A stretch of 64,000 nt of DNA. Source: Leucoraja erinacea (Eukaryota). The notes beneath the pieces were generated by a model. The model did not search any database. It saw only the letters and a list, made by a program, of their open reading frames with translations, and was not told the origin of the DNA. The position numbers and the translations under genes were made by a program. Shown here in pieces: positions 49,040 through 62,229 of this stretch. Each line of letters starts with the position of its first letter. The stretch's first letter is position 1. The stretch spans positions 49,166,001 to 49,230,000 of the forward strand of contig NC_073385.1 of assembly GCF_028641065.1 (NCBI RefSeq), written 5' to 3'.

Positions 49040-49897
49040 CACGCAATGCGGTTTTAATGTATGTTTTTAATGTTTCTTTGTGTGTTTTGTGTGGGGGGGT
49101 AAGGGGGAAGCTGCTTTGGTCGCCTCCTCCACGGAGAGGCAACTTTTTCCATGTCGCCTCCCCCGTGGCCTAACATTGAGGGTCGGTGCGGAGATCTTTC
49201 CCGGAGACGCGCCTGGGGCTTCAGCCGCGGGCGCAGCGCCGACTCTCGGTGGGGAGTGGGCGAGCTCTTGCCGGGGGCTCGCCGGAGGGGAGCGCTCCAT
49301 TCGCTGGCCCGCGGCAGCCTGAAGCCGCGGTCTGTAGAGCTCCGTCCGCTGACGTGGCGTCCGCAGCCTGGGATCCCTCGTTGAGGACCCGGGAGAAGAA
49401 GAAGCTCCGACTGCCGGCCCGCGGCCTACTTCTACCGCGGTTGCGGCAGGGAGTTACTTACCATCCGGAGCGGGGTCCCTCGCCGGGGATCCCTGGAGTG
49501 GAGTTTCGACCACCGGCACTCCAGTCTGCGGTGCATCTGGCTGCGGCGTGGCAGGAACTTTAAATCTTCGACCGCCGGCCTGCGGCCTACACCAACCTGA
49601 AGCCGCGGTCTCCGGTGGGGGAGGCACCGTTTCAGGACTTACCTTGACTTTCACTCATCTGGATTCCCGCAGCAGCGGCTGCGGAGAGTTGAGGTCCTGA
49701 CCACAGGGGAAAATGGAGGAGGACTGGCCAAATTTTGTGCCTTCCACCACAGTGATGAATGCTGTGGTGGATGTTTGTGTTACATTTTTATCGTGTTTTT
49801 GTGTGTTCTTTATCATTGTACCGCTGCTGGCAAATTCATTTCACTTGCACTTTATGTGCAAGTAACGAATAAAACTAATTGTATTGTATTGTATTGT
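49040..49897 (+). mobile_element. GC-rich non-coding non-autonomous retroelement with (TTGTA)n tail
   Basis: Ends with hairpin ACTTGCAC-TTTAT-GTGCAAGT, then AATAAA and (TTGTA)n; shares motifs with the 26056, 57875 and 60500 elements. Confidence 0.7.
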
Positions 49898-49964
49898 AAG
49901 TGTGATCTAAACAAACTTTAAAGCAGGTACATCGTCCTTTGCATTGTAATGATTCTGTTGGCTC

Positions 49965-50243
49965 TGTTTAGTTTAGAGGTTTAGAGTGTGGAAAAAGGCT
50001 CTTCAGCCCACTGAGTCCGTGCCACACATTAGCACTAGGGACAGTTTACAATTTTACCAAAGCCAATTAACCTGCAATCGTGCACGCCTTTGGAGTGTGG
50101 GAGTAAACTGGAGCACCCGGAGAAAACCCAAGCGGTCACAGGAAGAACGTACCCACTCCATACAGACAGCGCCGGTTGTCAGGATCAAACCCGGGTCTCT
50201 GGCGCTGTAAGGCAGCAACTCTAACGCTGTGCCACCGTGCCAC
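49965..50243 (-). mobile_element. V-SINE
   Basis: Tail, V-core and head ending GCTGTGCCACCGTGCCACCC. Confidence 0.85.
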
Positions 50244-51409
50244 CCCAGAGTCTCCCATTGGAATGTAAATCTTAACCAATGTTTCACTTCTCCCTCACCA
50301 GCAACTGGCCTTTCTCCAACTCCTCCCTCCCCTCCCTCCATTTCTCTGGCACTATTCTGGGTATATTATTATTATTACTCACTGTCTTCCGTAACCACAC
50401 TGTTTCTCACATCTATTTCCCACCCCGTGTACTTTGAGGGATCTTCTCCATTCTCTCAATTTTTTCCCTCCATGTACCATCCAAGCACAGGTACTTAATA
50501 TTAGGTACATTTGGAGGAGGCTTTGAATGCACATATTAGAACATAGTACACACAGATGTACATGTGCAACATATTGTGCAACATACACGAGCTGAATGTG
50601 CTCACTGATTGAAGGAGGGCATTCGGTGAACGGTCTGTGCAGCCGTTCACATGTCCTTGGTAGTAATCACTAATTTAAGGCAGCACAGTGGTACGGCAGT
50701 AGAACTGCAGCATTCCGGCACCAGAGACCTGGGTGACATACCCTGAAGGGTAACATAGAGAGGGTGGCTTCTTTAGCCCCTCTTGTCTTTTTTGTGATGC
50801 TGTAAACGGAGCTTCTGTGATGCAAAATAAATTTCAGACTTGCTCTGACAATAAAGTATTATCGTATCATATAAGCAACAACTCCAACCACCCACCCATC
50901 AGGCACCGATCTTGCACGGATCCCAGGTACACCATGAAAAGAACAGAGGAATAGACTAAATCTTCATGGATGCTGAGTCAATTCTTCTCTGGAATTAAGT
51001 TTTTATAACAACTGAAAGCACTGTCAAATCTCATTAATCTAACATTTGTTAGTCTGAAATATTCACAATCCAACACTATTTGTGAGCAAGTGATCTTAAT
51101 ACTCGTTAAACCGACAATTAATATTCCAACAGCAACACGTCTTCACCAAAACTTGTCATTAATGTTGCCTTATATTTTAATCATTTAACCTGATATACTT
51201 GATAATATTCATTATACTTGATAACGTATGAGTACAAATAGTAAAAACACACTCACATATTGAATCATAAATTAAAAAACCCAATGATTTCAAGTCTTAA
51301 AAATAATAAAATCAATTTTTTTTTAAATTCAAGGTCAACGCTTTTTAAAAACTGTTAAAATAAATGTAAACGACTCATCGCAGCCTTTTAATTGGGTAAT
51401 GCAGTGGCT

Positions 51410-52100
51410 TAGTTTTGAGTTAAAAGATCCAGTATGGGAACAAGCCCTTTGCCCACCTAGTCCACACTGATCAATGATCACCTATATACTAATTTCTATG
51501 CTATCCCACTTTCGCATGCTACACACTAGCAGCAGTTTTACAGAAGCTAATTAACCTACAAACCTGCATGTCTTTGGGAAACTGGAGCACCCGGAGAAAA
51601 CCCATGCGGTCACAGGGAGAATGTAGCCACTCCATACAGACAGCGGCGGTTGTCAGGATCGAACCCGGGTCTCTAGCGCTGTGAGCTAGCAAATCTACTG
51701 CTGTGCCACTGTGCCATGCTTCTGGTTCTGTAGGTAGAACTGCCGCCTCACAGCTTCCTGGGCTTGCATTTAGTTCTAATCTCGGGGGCTTCCTGTTTGG
51801 ATTTAATCTTTAGACTCTCTAAGAGTACAGAGATACAATGTGGAAACAGATCTTTCGTCCCACTGAGTCTACACCAACTAACAATCACCCGTACAATAGC
51901 ACTGTCCCACACACTAGGGACAATTTACAATTTACAGAAGCCAATTAACCTGCATGTCTTTGGTGTATTTGAGGAAACCGGAGCATCCACCCAGTCACAG
52001 GAAGAACGTACAAATGCAGCAAAGACAGCACCCGTAGTCACGATCAAACCCAGGACTCTGGTGCTGTAAGGCAGCATCTCTACCGCTGTACCACTGTGTC
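51410..52100 (-). mobile_element. Two tandem V-SINE copies (51410-51717 and 51810-52100)
   Basis: Each has the tail, AATTAACCT, the ACAGCACCC/ACAGCGGCG core and a reverse-complemented A/B-box head. Confidence 0.82.
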
Positions 52101-52961
52101 GACACGATACGATAAAAATGTATTCATCCCCGGAGGGAAATTGGTCTGCCAACAGTCACTACACTCAAGGTACACAAAAACTTGGTTCACCTTATAACTG
52201 CATGGGGTTTTCCCCGAGTACTCAGATTTGCTCCAACATACAAAAGAGTTCAATAGTTCATTAAAATTAGCTAAGTGTATGTGGGTGGAGAGAAGTATTA
52301 AAAAGCTAAAGTGGGAGAATAAGTTACAGGATAATAAACTGAGGAGTGGGATTGATGGAATTTCTCTGAGAGGCTTCATGAAATCTGTGGATTGACTGGC
52401 CTTTCTCTACGTTGTAAGGAAGTGTGAAATAAAAATATTAGGGTGACTAGAATGTAAAACTAATTCCAATAATTCTTCAACAAAAGCACGGGGAATGTAA
52501 TGATTTGAACAATGCAAGGATAGATAGGAATATTGGCCAAAGGTTGTCAGAGTCGGCTTATGGAGCATTTTAAGAGCGGACGGAAGCAGAGAGCTCTAAA
52601 TACTGAATCAATGTCGTCTGCACAGACTTACAGAGCCATAGAATCGTACAGTGTGGAAACTGGCCCTTCGGCCCAACTTACCCACACAGAGCAACATGTC
52701 CCATCTACACTAGTCCCACCTGCCTCTGTTTGGTCCAAATCCCTTTAAACCTGTCTCATTCATGGACCTGTCTAAATGTTTGGTAAAATGTGTGATAGTA
52801 CCTGCCTTAGAAGACTATGCCATGATGATAGGCTCAGGCATGATCTAATGAACCCTTAGTGTTGCAAAATGTTGCATTTATAATTTTACATTGGGTTATG
52901 GCAGTTTTACAAGAACTTGCTGGAGAATAGTAATGCATACAGCCAAAAAAAACATTCCTAC

Positions 52962-53208
52962 CCAATAATCGGATGCTTGAAGCCAAGTTTTCTGGTTGCA
53001 TCTTCAATTTCCTTTTCCAACCATGATTGTGGGCGTATTAAATATTTGACAAACTGGGAGACCCACCAGACTGAGGGGTCTCCATGCAAGTGGGTTAATC
53101 GACCTACGAGGTCTTCAGGAACAGCCAAGGGAAGGTATGGTGGACGAGGGTGTAGGCTGTCAACTATGGGGAGTTCCACCACCTGGACATTCTTATCATT
53201 GGCCTCAC
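52962..53208 (-). CDS. FUT8: FUT8 internal coding exon (247 nt)
   Basis: tttttcag|GT GAG.. (G)[81 protein letters not shown](G) |gtagga. Confidence 0.98.
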
Positions 53209-53419
53209 CTGAAAAATAAAATTTGCACAGACATGAGCGGTGGTTGCATTTCTTTAAACCACGAATGATCACCAGCTTCGATTCACTTGGCTCTCAGCTG
53301 CAGAATCAGCATTTCAAGAATTGAGAGAAGAGAAGAAAGCACTGGCAGTATTCTTCCTGGAAGTGGAGATTATTTGAAATAAGAGTAGAGTCTTGAGTCA
53401 AAGTTCAAGAGTGTTTTTC

Positions 53420-54000
53420 ATAAGTTTCTAAGTTCATAAGTTATGAATTAGGTCATTCGGCCCATCAAGTCTCCACCATTCAATCATGGCTGATCTGTCT
53501 TTCCCTCTCCCTCTCACCCTCACCCTCAACCCCATTCTCCTGCATTCTCCCCGTTACCCCTGACACCTGTACTAATCAGGAATCAATCAATCTCCACCTT
53601 AAAAATATCCAATGAATTGTCCTCCACAGCCTTCTGTCACAATGAATTCCACAGATTCACCGCTTTCTGACTAAAGAAATTCCTCCTCATCTCCTTTCTA
53701 AAGGTACATCCTTTTATTCTGAGGCTCTGGCCTCTGGTCCTGGACTCATCCACTTGTGGAAACATCCTCTCCACATCCTCTCTATCCAGGCCTTTCACTA
53801 TTCAGTAACTTTCAATGAGGTCCCCCTTCATTTTCCTAAACTCCAGCGAGAAGCAAAAAACACTGATCAAATGTTAACTCACTTGCAAACCTCCTCTGGC
53901 CCCTATCCATCTCCAGTACATTTTTTCCTCAGATATATGGGGCCCAAAACTGCACAAAATATTCCACATGTGGTCTGACCAGTGCCTTTTCAAGCCTCAT
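53420..54000 (-). mobile_element. CR1 LINE 3' fragment
   Basis: TCGGCCCATCAAGTC tail, GAATTCCACAGATTCACC, CTCTGGTCCTGGACTC and CCAAAACTGCACA (VQFW) segments. Confidence 0.82.
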
Positions 54001-54462
54001 TACATCGCTGTCATTTTAATTGTCATATGTATAAACACAGAATAATGACATTTTAACTTTCAGCAGCACAACAGGTTTGTAAACATAGTACTTAGTAAAT
54101 AACATAATAAAAAAAACATTAAAAAGTTCAATTAAAAAACCCCAATATAGTGCTAATAAAGCAAAAGCCTAGTCCTTAGTGCAAAGTTTGAAGTTGTTCA
54201 AATGGTTCAAAATTGTCAAATGAGAATTAAATTGCAGGAAACCCACTGGGATAACAGCTTAGTTTTAACCTTTCTCTGGAGTGTCCATCAGCGCATTCTT
54301 GCTAATGCATTGTACGGCAATTATCAGTCTAAACTTATGTCAATAAGAAAACCAAAATTGATTGAAGAGATAATTCCAAAGGAAAATGAGTGGCACAATG
54401 CAGTGGCGGAAAACCCGGGGGGTGGGGGTGGACAAGCTAGATGCAGGAAGATTGTTCCCGAT

Positions 54463-54677
54463 GTTGTATTGTATTGTATTGTATTCAAATTTATTGTCAT
54501 TGTCTCAATTAGAGACAACAAAATGAATTTCCCTTTACAGTCAGTATCATAAAAATAAATAAATAATAAATATTAAAACATATTAAAAAAAAAAATAGAA
54601 ATTTAAAAAAAAGCACAAACACAGAAAGTCCACGACGCAACATAACACAGTGGCACCAAGGTGAGGAAGGCACCATG
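54463..54677 (-). mobile_element. 3' fragment of a (AATAC)n-tailed non-autonomous element
   Basis: Nearly the same as 36508-36665; minus strand has GGTGCCTTCC upstream and GACAATAAATTTGAATACAATACAA at the end. Confidence 0.65.
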
Positions 54678-54960
54678 TTGGGGAAGTCCAGAACAAGGGG
54701 TCACAGTTTAAGGATAAGTTTTTTGGGACCAAGATGAATCTCTGGAATTCTCTGCCACAGAAGGTAGTTGAGGCTAGTTCATTGGCTATATTTAAGAAGG
54801 AGTTAGATGTGGCCCTTGTGGCTAAAGGGATCAGGGGGATGGAGAGAAGGCAGGTACAGGATACTGAGTTGGATGATCAGCCATGATCATATTGAATGGC
54901 GGTGCAGGCTCGAAGGGCCGAATGGCCTACTCCTGCACCTATTTTCTATGTTTCTATGTT
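54678..54960 (+). mobile_element. CR1 3' end
   Basis: GTCCAGAACAAGGGGTCACAGTTTAAGGATAAG..CCTACTCCTGCACCTATTTTCTATGTTTCTATG. Confidence 0.88.
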
Positions 54961-56684
54961 ACCCGGCTGGCAACAGTGAATAAAAGTTGTGAGAGCCCTG
55001 TACCATCTCTCATGTAGTCCTACACTTTGAGTGGCCATGCGATAGAGCATGTTCATGGGACATGGGAGAAGAATAAGGCCACTCTATTCTCCTGCTTTCT
55101 CCCCATAACCTGTGACGCCCATACTAATCAAGAACCTATCAATCTCCGCTTTAAAAATACCTAGTATCGGCCTCCACCGCTGTCTTTGGCAAAGAATTCC
55201 ACAGATTCACCGCCCTCTGGCTAAAGAAATCCAATCCAAGAATCCAAGTAGTGAAAATAAGTATTTCCTCAAAGAGATTTTGAAGAGATAATGTGCAATG
55301 GTCTCTGTTAACTTGGCAATCTCTTTCCATAATGGAGCTTGTAACAATGTTTCTGATTCAAGAGTGTGTAGCTGGAAGGTTAAAGGATGTAGCATAACCA
55401 ATATAAACAATTGAATGGAAGTTGAGTCTTTATCTGGAGGATGCTGGGTTGGTACAATGGTGCTATATTGGTCACATGTGCAACTGCACAGTGAAAATCA
55501 TTTTGCACATTTACTCACGCAGGTGCCGCCATGTTTTTCCGCCATTTCCAGCATCCAAAGTCTGGTCTGCCCATGCATACAGTTCACTGGAGCAGTTCTA
55601 GATCCTGGTAAGGCCCAATCTCCTGCAGGGCCTTCTTCTGTCGCCTTCTACTGGATCGGCCCCGTGAACCAACGGCCCTCTCCTATCTTTGTATCCCAGG
55701 GATGCCCCCTGCAGCTGATCTTGAAGGCGCTTGAGGCATTACCCCAGTTCACCCTCTGACTGGCCCTTGCTCCTCGCATCCGTGGTCTGCTGAACCTTTG
55801 GCTTCTCTGGGCAGGCTCCCAGCACTATGGTTGGGAGAAGGCACTAATGTATGTTTGCTCATTTTTACAATGAGTTCGGAGGATTCTGTGGAGACAGCAT
55901 CTGTGGTATTTTTCAAGTGCCACAAGGTGCTGATATGGGTAGCCCAGGTCTCAGATTGGAGGGCAGGATCCCTGCTGATGGAAGGCCATGAGTTTCCTGC
56001 AGGAAAACAAGGTCGATCTTCAATTGTCCTTTTCCATCTATTGACTCAAAGCTGTACTGCAGCAGTGAAGGCGGTAGTTTAATTTCATCCTATTCCATGG
56101 AGACAAACAACACAGGAATAACCCTTTCAGCCCAATCAATGGCTGCTGGTGAGTGTGCTCCATAATTACTGTAATCATAAATCATTCCTGAGGTAGCAAG
56201 GTTACTTTATGGCAGTATATCTATTTTGAAAAAGAGAATAGCAGAACAATACTTCCAGGTTTGATTGGTGAAATATTGATTATTTCATTATTCTGTACAT
56301 GTACGGTATCAGCTACTTCTATGAAAGTGACGTGTCTTTTTGTTTTGTTTTGTTTTGTATGCTCAGAAAATTAATTTTTTACAAGGCAAAAGAAAGCAAT
56401 ATGAGGTATGAGTGCTCAGAAATGCAATAAAAGATGTGGTGAACAAAGACTATTCATCCTCCCTACATCCAGTAATACATTGCCATGGAGATGAGCAGTG
56501 ATATCATTTTTCATTGCACTAGTCGTTGACAAATTAATCTCTCTAAACCCTAAACCTACACTTCAACTCTGCTCTGAATTAACACGGCAAAAACTAACTT
56601 TGCTTCCTCTTGGCTTTTTTCAAGAGATCCCAGCATCACGTAGACACCATATACGGGTTTTGAGCAAGCAAGACAGGCACCAGT

Positions 56685-57200
56685 AGACACAAGTGGAGTA
56701 ACTCAGCAGGTCATGCAGCATCTCTGGAGAAAAAGGATTGACAATGTTTCGGGTTGGAACCCTTCTTCAGACTAAAAGTAAAGGGGAGGGAAGTGGAGGT
56801 AGGAAAAGGCCAGAACAAAGCAGGGCCGGCATCAGATGACCAAGGACAAGTGGAACTCATAATGGCCCATTGTTGGCTGGGGAAGAGTTGATAATGAGAG
56901 GGATACAGAAAGGCGAATTGTGGAACTAGTAGGATGACTAGGGTGGAGGAGGGGGAGAGATGGATTGCAAGGGTTACTTGAAATTAGGGAAATCAACATT
57001 CATATTCATACCGCTGGGTTATAAGCTGCCTGACTGAAACATGAGGTGCTGTTCCTCCAATGTGTGTATGGCCTCACTCTGACAGTGGGGGGGGGCTCAG
57101 GACAGAAAGGTCAGTATGGGAATGGGAATGGGAAAGGGAATTGTTTGGCATCTGGGAGATTGCGTAGGCCAAGGCGCTCGTAGCATAGGTGTGCAGGCCA
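56685..57200 (-). mobile_element. Older PLE 3' fragment (GIY-YIG C-terminus + repeat)
   Basis: GAGGTGCTGTTCCTCCAA (LEEQHL on minus) at ~57043-57060; GTTTCGGGTTGGAACCCTTCTTCAGAC hammerhead-like core. Confidence 0.75.
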
Positions 57201-57874
57201 AGGCAGAAGCTAATCATCTTCCAGGAACCCAGCTATAATAAGCTTGAACCAATTTGCATTGCCTTTTCCCAACGTTCACTGACACAGGCTGTCTGTTATG
57301 GTCATCGGCTGAAATGCCAAGAACACAACTATTTTAAGACCTGACTTTACCAGAAATCAGTGGAGTTTTTAAATGCTTTAAGTTTCAAACTATAAAAACA
57401 GTCCGCAAAGTCTTTCAAACTCATTAAAATGGTGGTGTGATTCAGATGGCATTTTATTAAAGCGCAGAATAAAGACAAAACTGAGAAGATAACGTGTTTA
57501 AAGTGTGCTCTTGAAAAAGATACAGTGCCGTGTGGCTAGGCATCAATTTTTTATTAAATAAACCCACCACCTGGATAACAGTGAGATCAAATCTTTGCTG
57601 GCATAAAACAAATGGGCCATAAAATTCTGTTTCATTTCAGTGCTCTTCATTCAGTATGGGTGGGTAGATGGTTATAAAATGACATGTGATGCAGCATGTT
57701 TGACACAGGAGCTGTGTTTAGTTTAGTTTAGTTTAGTTGAGAGATATAGTGTGGAAACAGGCCCTCCCGCCCAGCAAGTCCACAATGACCAGCAATCACC
57801 CTGTACACTATCCTACGCACTAGAGACAATTTTGCAACTTACCAAACCCAATTAACCTGCAAACCTGCACTTTG

Positions 57875-58678
57875 ACAAGAGACAAGAGACATTTATTGTC
57901 ACATGTACCAATTGGTACAGTGAAATTTGGGGGTCACCATACAGCCATACGAATAATAAAGACCACAACACATGATAGACTTCAACACAAACATCCCCAC
58001 ACAGCAGAATCAAAGTTTCCCACTGTGAGGGAAGGCACCAAAGTTCAGTCATCCTCCCTCTTGTTGTTGTTGTTCACCCGTGGTGGGGGCCTCCCAAGCC
58101 TGATGCTCAGGCCCTCTCGCCGGGATGACGGAACTCCGACGTCGGAATGGAAGAACATCCTCAGCGGCTTGGACCTCCGAATCGGCCACCTCCTACCTGA
58201 GACCGCGGCTACCGAAGTCCACAGGCCGCTCTGGGCGGAGATTCCACACTGGTGGCCCTCGGCAAAGGGATCTCAGGACTCCGCGATGTTGAAGTCAGCG
58301 TCGCCCGCGGCTGAGCTCAGCAAACCACAGCTCCGCGATGTTGAGCAGCAGGCTCAACACTCCAGAGCTACAAACGGCGATCCCAGGTAAGGCATCCCCC
58401 GCCCCGTGATGAATCCTCTGCTGAAGCTCTGGTCGGTCACCAGCAGGAAAGTTGGTAGGCCGGGGAGGGGGGTGCGAGGGCGCGACTCGGAGAATAGTCG
58501 CATCCTCGCCAGGAAGTGACTGGGAGACAGTTTCCCCCTTACCTTCCCCACCTCCCTCACATAAAAATACTAAGAAATACTCCAACATATACTTTTTAAA
58601 CAGGCTAAAAATTAAAAAAAGATGGAAAAAACAGAGACTGTAGGCAATGTCTGCCATCATGCGGCGCCCCCTAGTGGG
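57875..58678 (-). mobile_element. GC-rich non-coding non-autonomous retroelement inserted in a V-SINE (57714-57874 / 58679-58760)
   Basis: SINE sequence CTTTG|GAGTGTGGGAGG resumes across the insert. 3' hairpin TGTACCAATTGGTACA then GTGACAATAAATGTCTCTTGTCTCTTGT; 5' end CCACTAGGGGGCGCCGCATGATGGC. Confidence 0.78.
58664..58677 (-). promoter_or_regulatory. CTCF consensus motif at the 5' end of the element
   Basis: CCACTAGGGGGCGC matches the core CTCF consensus CCASYAGRKGGCRS. Confidence 0.45.
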
Positions 58679-59348
58679 GAGTGTGGGAGGAAACGAGCAC
58701 CCAGGGAAGACCCACAAGATTACGGGGAGTACATACAAACTCCACACAGGCAGCACCCGACTGCAGGGAAGAGGTAGCATTATGTTGCCAAAATAACTGT
58801 GGACATGGTTTAACTAACTGAACATCTTTCATGTTGGAGGGAATGATCACATTTCATTTATCATACTTAGGGTACCACATCAACTCTGAATAGCATTGTA
58901 ACTGTAAATAAAAGGGTGTTCATTCTCTTAACTTGCATGTCAAGTGTGTGATTAAAACACAGCATCATGTGCATTCTGTGCATGGCATCCAGGCAGCAGT
59001 CACCAGCTCTGCATCAGTCTGCTATCACCATAAAGCAGATGGATATTTAGCAACAAGAGCTATTTGCTGAAGATGTGGTTGAATGATGGTGCACAAACCG
59101 TGCATAACTGTGCAATATGCACGCAATGAAAGCCAGCTTAGCTGCTCGAAGATTCTGCTATCTCTATCGCTCGAGGAGCCTGGCTGTATCGCCAGAGTGG
59201 AAATACATTTACGTGTGAATTTTGATAATGCAAGGTGGTGGCTCACTACTGCCTTATTCATGGAAATGTAGAATGTGCATTGTTGGCTGACCTTGCCAAC
59301 CAGTGCTGAGAATCAGTGAAGTAACTCATTTCCTATGCCTATTCTATT

Positions 59349-60292
59349 AACATAGAAAGTAGGTGCAGGAGTAGGCCATTCGGCCCTTCGAACCAGCACC
59401 GCCGTTCAATATGATCATGGTTGATCATCTAAAATCAGTACCCCGTTACAGCTTTTGCCCCATATTGCTTGATTCCCTTAGCCCAAAGAGCTAAATCTAG
59501 CTCTCTCTTGAAAACATTCAGTGAATTGGCCTCCACTGCCTGTGGCAGAGAATTCCACAGATTCACAACTCTCTGCGTGAAAAAGTTTGTCCTTATCTCA
59601 GTCTTAAATGGCCTACCCCTTATTTTTAAACTGTGACCTATGGTTCTGGACTCCCCCAACATTGGGAATTGTCTCCCCTGTCCAATCCTCTAAGAAGTTT
59701 ATATGTTCTATCAGATGCCCTCTCATCCTTCTAAATTCAAGCAAATACAAGCCCAGTCGACCCATTCTTTCATCATATGTCAGTCCTGCCGTCACGGGAA
59801 TTAACCAGGTGAACCTTCGCTTCACTCCCTCAATAGCAATAATATCTTTCCTCAAATTAGGAGACCAAAATTGCACACGATACTCCAGGTGCAGTCTCAC
59901 CAGGGCCTTGTATAACTGCAGTAGGACCGCCTTGCTCCTAAAATGTATTTCTTCACTGCTTGCAGTACCTGCATGCTTACTTTCTGTGACTGATGTGCAA
60001 GCACACCCAGGTCTTGTTGCACCACCCCTTCACCTAATCTGACACCATTCAGATAATAATCTACCTTCCTGTCCTTGCCACCAAAGTGGACAACCTCACA
60101 TCCATCCACATTATACTGCATCTGCCATGCTTCTGCCCACTCTCCCAACCTATCCTAGTCGCCCTGCAGCCTCATAGCACCCACATCGCAGCTCACACTG
60201 CCACCCAGCTTTGTGTCGTCCGCAAACTTAGAGATATTACATTTAATTCCCTCATCTAAATCATTAATATATGTTGTAAACAACTGAGGTCC
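59349..60292 (-). mobile_element. 5'-truncated CR1 LINE (~940 bp, RT C-terminus to tail)
   Basis: WAEAWQMQYNVDGCEVVHFG, DLGV, RLHLEYRVQFWSPNLRKDI, SRTIGHSLKIRG..FFTQRVVNLWNSLPQ; tail at 59349-59400. Confidence 0.92.
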
Positions 60293-60499
60293 AATAGATT
60301 AGATAAATTATATTAATATTTATGATTCAGAGGTTTACTGATTGTGTTTGTTTTAATAGTGTGCGCGCTTTAAAGTTACAAGAACGTGTATTGTAATGGG
60401 ATGCAAAATAATTGAACAATTAGAGGCAGCAAAAACCCCGGCAGATGGTCAAGGACAGTTCCCCCATATTCATTGATTCCCTTAGCCCTAAGAGCTAAG

Positions 60500-61472
60500 G
60501 AGGAGGAGCCATCTTGGGGAGCGGCTGCTAACCAGCAGCCGTCCGTTTACTTCGCTTTTTTTAAAAGTTTTCAGTAAGTCCTGTGTTTCGTCCGTTGGAG
60601 AAATGGACTTTTTAATGTGGGGGGCAGGGGGCAATTTTACTTCTAGGTCCCTACCTGGTCGGTGAGGCAGCTTTTTCTCCGGGCTGCCCGTCGACCCGTC
60701 CTCGTGGCCTACCAGCGGGCTTGGAGCGTCGTTTCCTGATGGGGACTGCCCGGCACCTTGGCCTCGGTGGCGGCGCAATGCTGGGGCGCTGTCGCGGAGC
60801 AGAGCGGGCGATGCCGCGCTGGATCGACGCGCTGGAGCTCCGGTGAGCTGTGACCGCCGTGTTCGACACCTCCGGGCTGCGGGTCTACGGAGCGGAGCGG
60901 GCGGCGCCGATTTCAACATCGGGAGCCTGGGAGCTCCAGGCCGGCGCGGCCTTGTCGGCTTCGGAAGCCGCGGTCTCCAGCTAAGAAGCGGCCGTTCCAG
61001 GTGGCCCAGCCGCTGAGAGGACTCTCCCGACGCCGGGGCAAGATCAGCCGGTGAGAACGGCCAGGAACATCGGGCCTCCGTAGAGGCATTTGCAGTGGCC
61101 TCAATAGGCCTGACTTTGGGTGAACTTGCGGTTGGGGACTGGACATTGTGCCTTCCCCCACAGTGGTATCCATTGTGGGGGGGTTGATTTTTTTTTTTTT
61201 CTTTTTGTCTGTAAGTAATCCTGTTAGGCTTTGTCCAAGATGGCTGTCGGAAGGGAGAGTGAACGCTGGCGCGCTTTAGCTGCCGCTGCTCTCTTTTCAC
61301 ATTGTGTTTTTGATTTTTTTTTTGGACTGAATTCTGTTTTTAATTTGTGTTTCTGTGATGTCTTTATTATTTATTTTATTCTGATTATATGTTTTTTATT
61401 CCTGTTAATCTCTGTAAGGTGTCCTTGAGATTCCTGAAAGGCGCCCACAAATAAAATTTATTATTATTATTA
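60500..61472 (+). mobile_element. GC-rich non-coding element with an L2-type 3' tail
   Basis: Ends GTAAGGTGTCCTTGAGATTCCTGAAAGGCGCCCACAAATAAAAT(TTA)n, the stem-loop + (TTA)n layout of L2-clade tails; internal motifs are shared with the 26056, 49040 and 57875 elements. Confidence 0.68.
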
Positions 61473-61589
61473 TAGTTCAATAGTTATTCATGTTTAAATA
61501 GTGCTGTGAAATGCAAATGTCTAGATGTATTTGTTTTCATGTCACATCTTTTCATTTTTAGACTCTGTTCTCTGTTCGACTGCATTGGC

Positions 61590-62090
61590 TGAGCCATCCT
61601 GTCAACAATTAAAGAGCGGTGTTGAGCTGCTATCTACTTCATCAGACTATCTTCAATTGGGCTTTACTGGATTTTATCGTGCACTAAACATTACTGCTTT
61701 TATTATGTAACTGTCGATCGTAATCATGCATAGTCTTTCCACTGAATGGTTAGCATACAACAAAAAGCTTTTCACTGCATCTTGAAACATGTGACAATTC
61801 ATTTGTTCATAAGTTCTCGCAGCAGAGTTAATCAATTTGATCCATCAAGTCTACTCCGTCATTCAATCATGGCTGATCTATCTTTCCCACTCAACAACAT
61901 TCATCCGCACAACCCCTGACACCGATACGCATTGGATAGATTATTGATTAGTAAGGATGTCAGTGGTTTTGGGGAGAAGGAAGGAGAATGGGGTTGAGAG
62001 GGAAAGATAGGTCAGCCATGATTGAATGTTGGAGGAGACTTGATGGGCCGAGTTGCCTAATTCTGCTACTGTAACTTTTGAACTTATGAT
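61590..62090. mobile_element. Rex1-like tail (61590-61798) followed by two oppositely oriented CR1 tails (61805-61925 minus, 61935-62090 plus)
   Basis: AAAAGCTTTTCACTG..GTGACAAT; ATTCAATCATGGCTGA and its inverse TCAGCCATGATTGAAT. Confidence 0.7.
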
Positions 62091-62229
62091 CAGTCAGTAA
62101 ACACTAGCTGCCAACTAAACCAATTTTTTTTCAATAAAACATATCAAATCAATGAGTTCAGCATTTTCCTGCTTCGATCTCAAACAAGATTCATAGACAA
62201 TTTTGATAAATGTACCTTCCTGTTCTGTG

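Noticed and set aside
55415-55800. Possible next upstream FUT8 exon (should encode CGYGCQLHH)
   Set aside because: No such peptide here or elsewhere in 53209-64000 by my reading; the segment ends in a hairpin/GTGAC tail typical of the repeats.
60488-61300. 270-aa minus-strand ORF
   Set aside because: Antisense to a GC-rich repeat, low complexity, no domain similarity.
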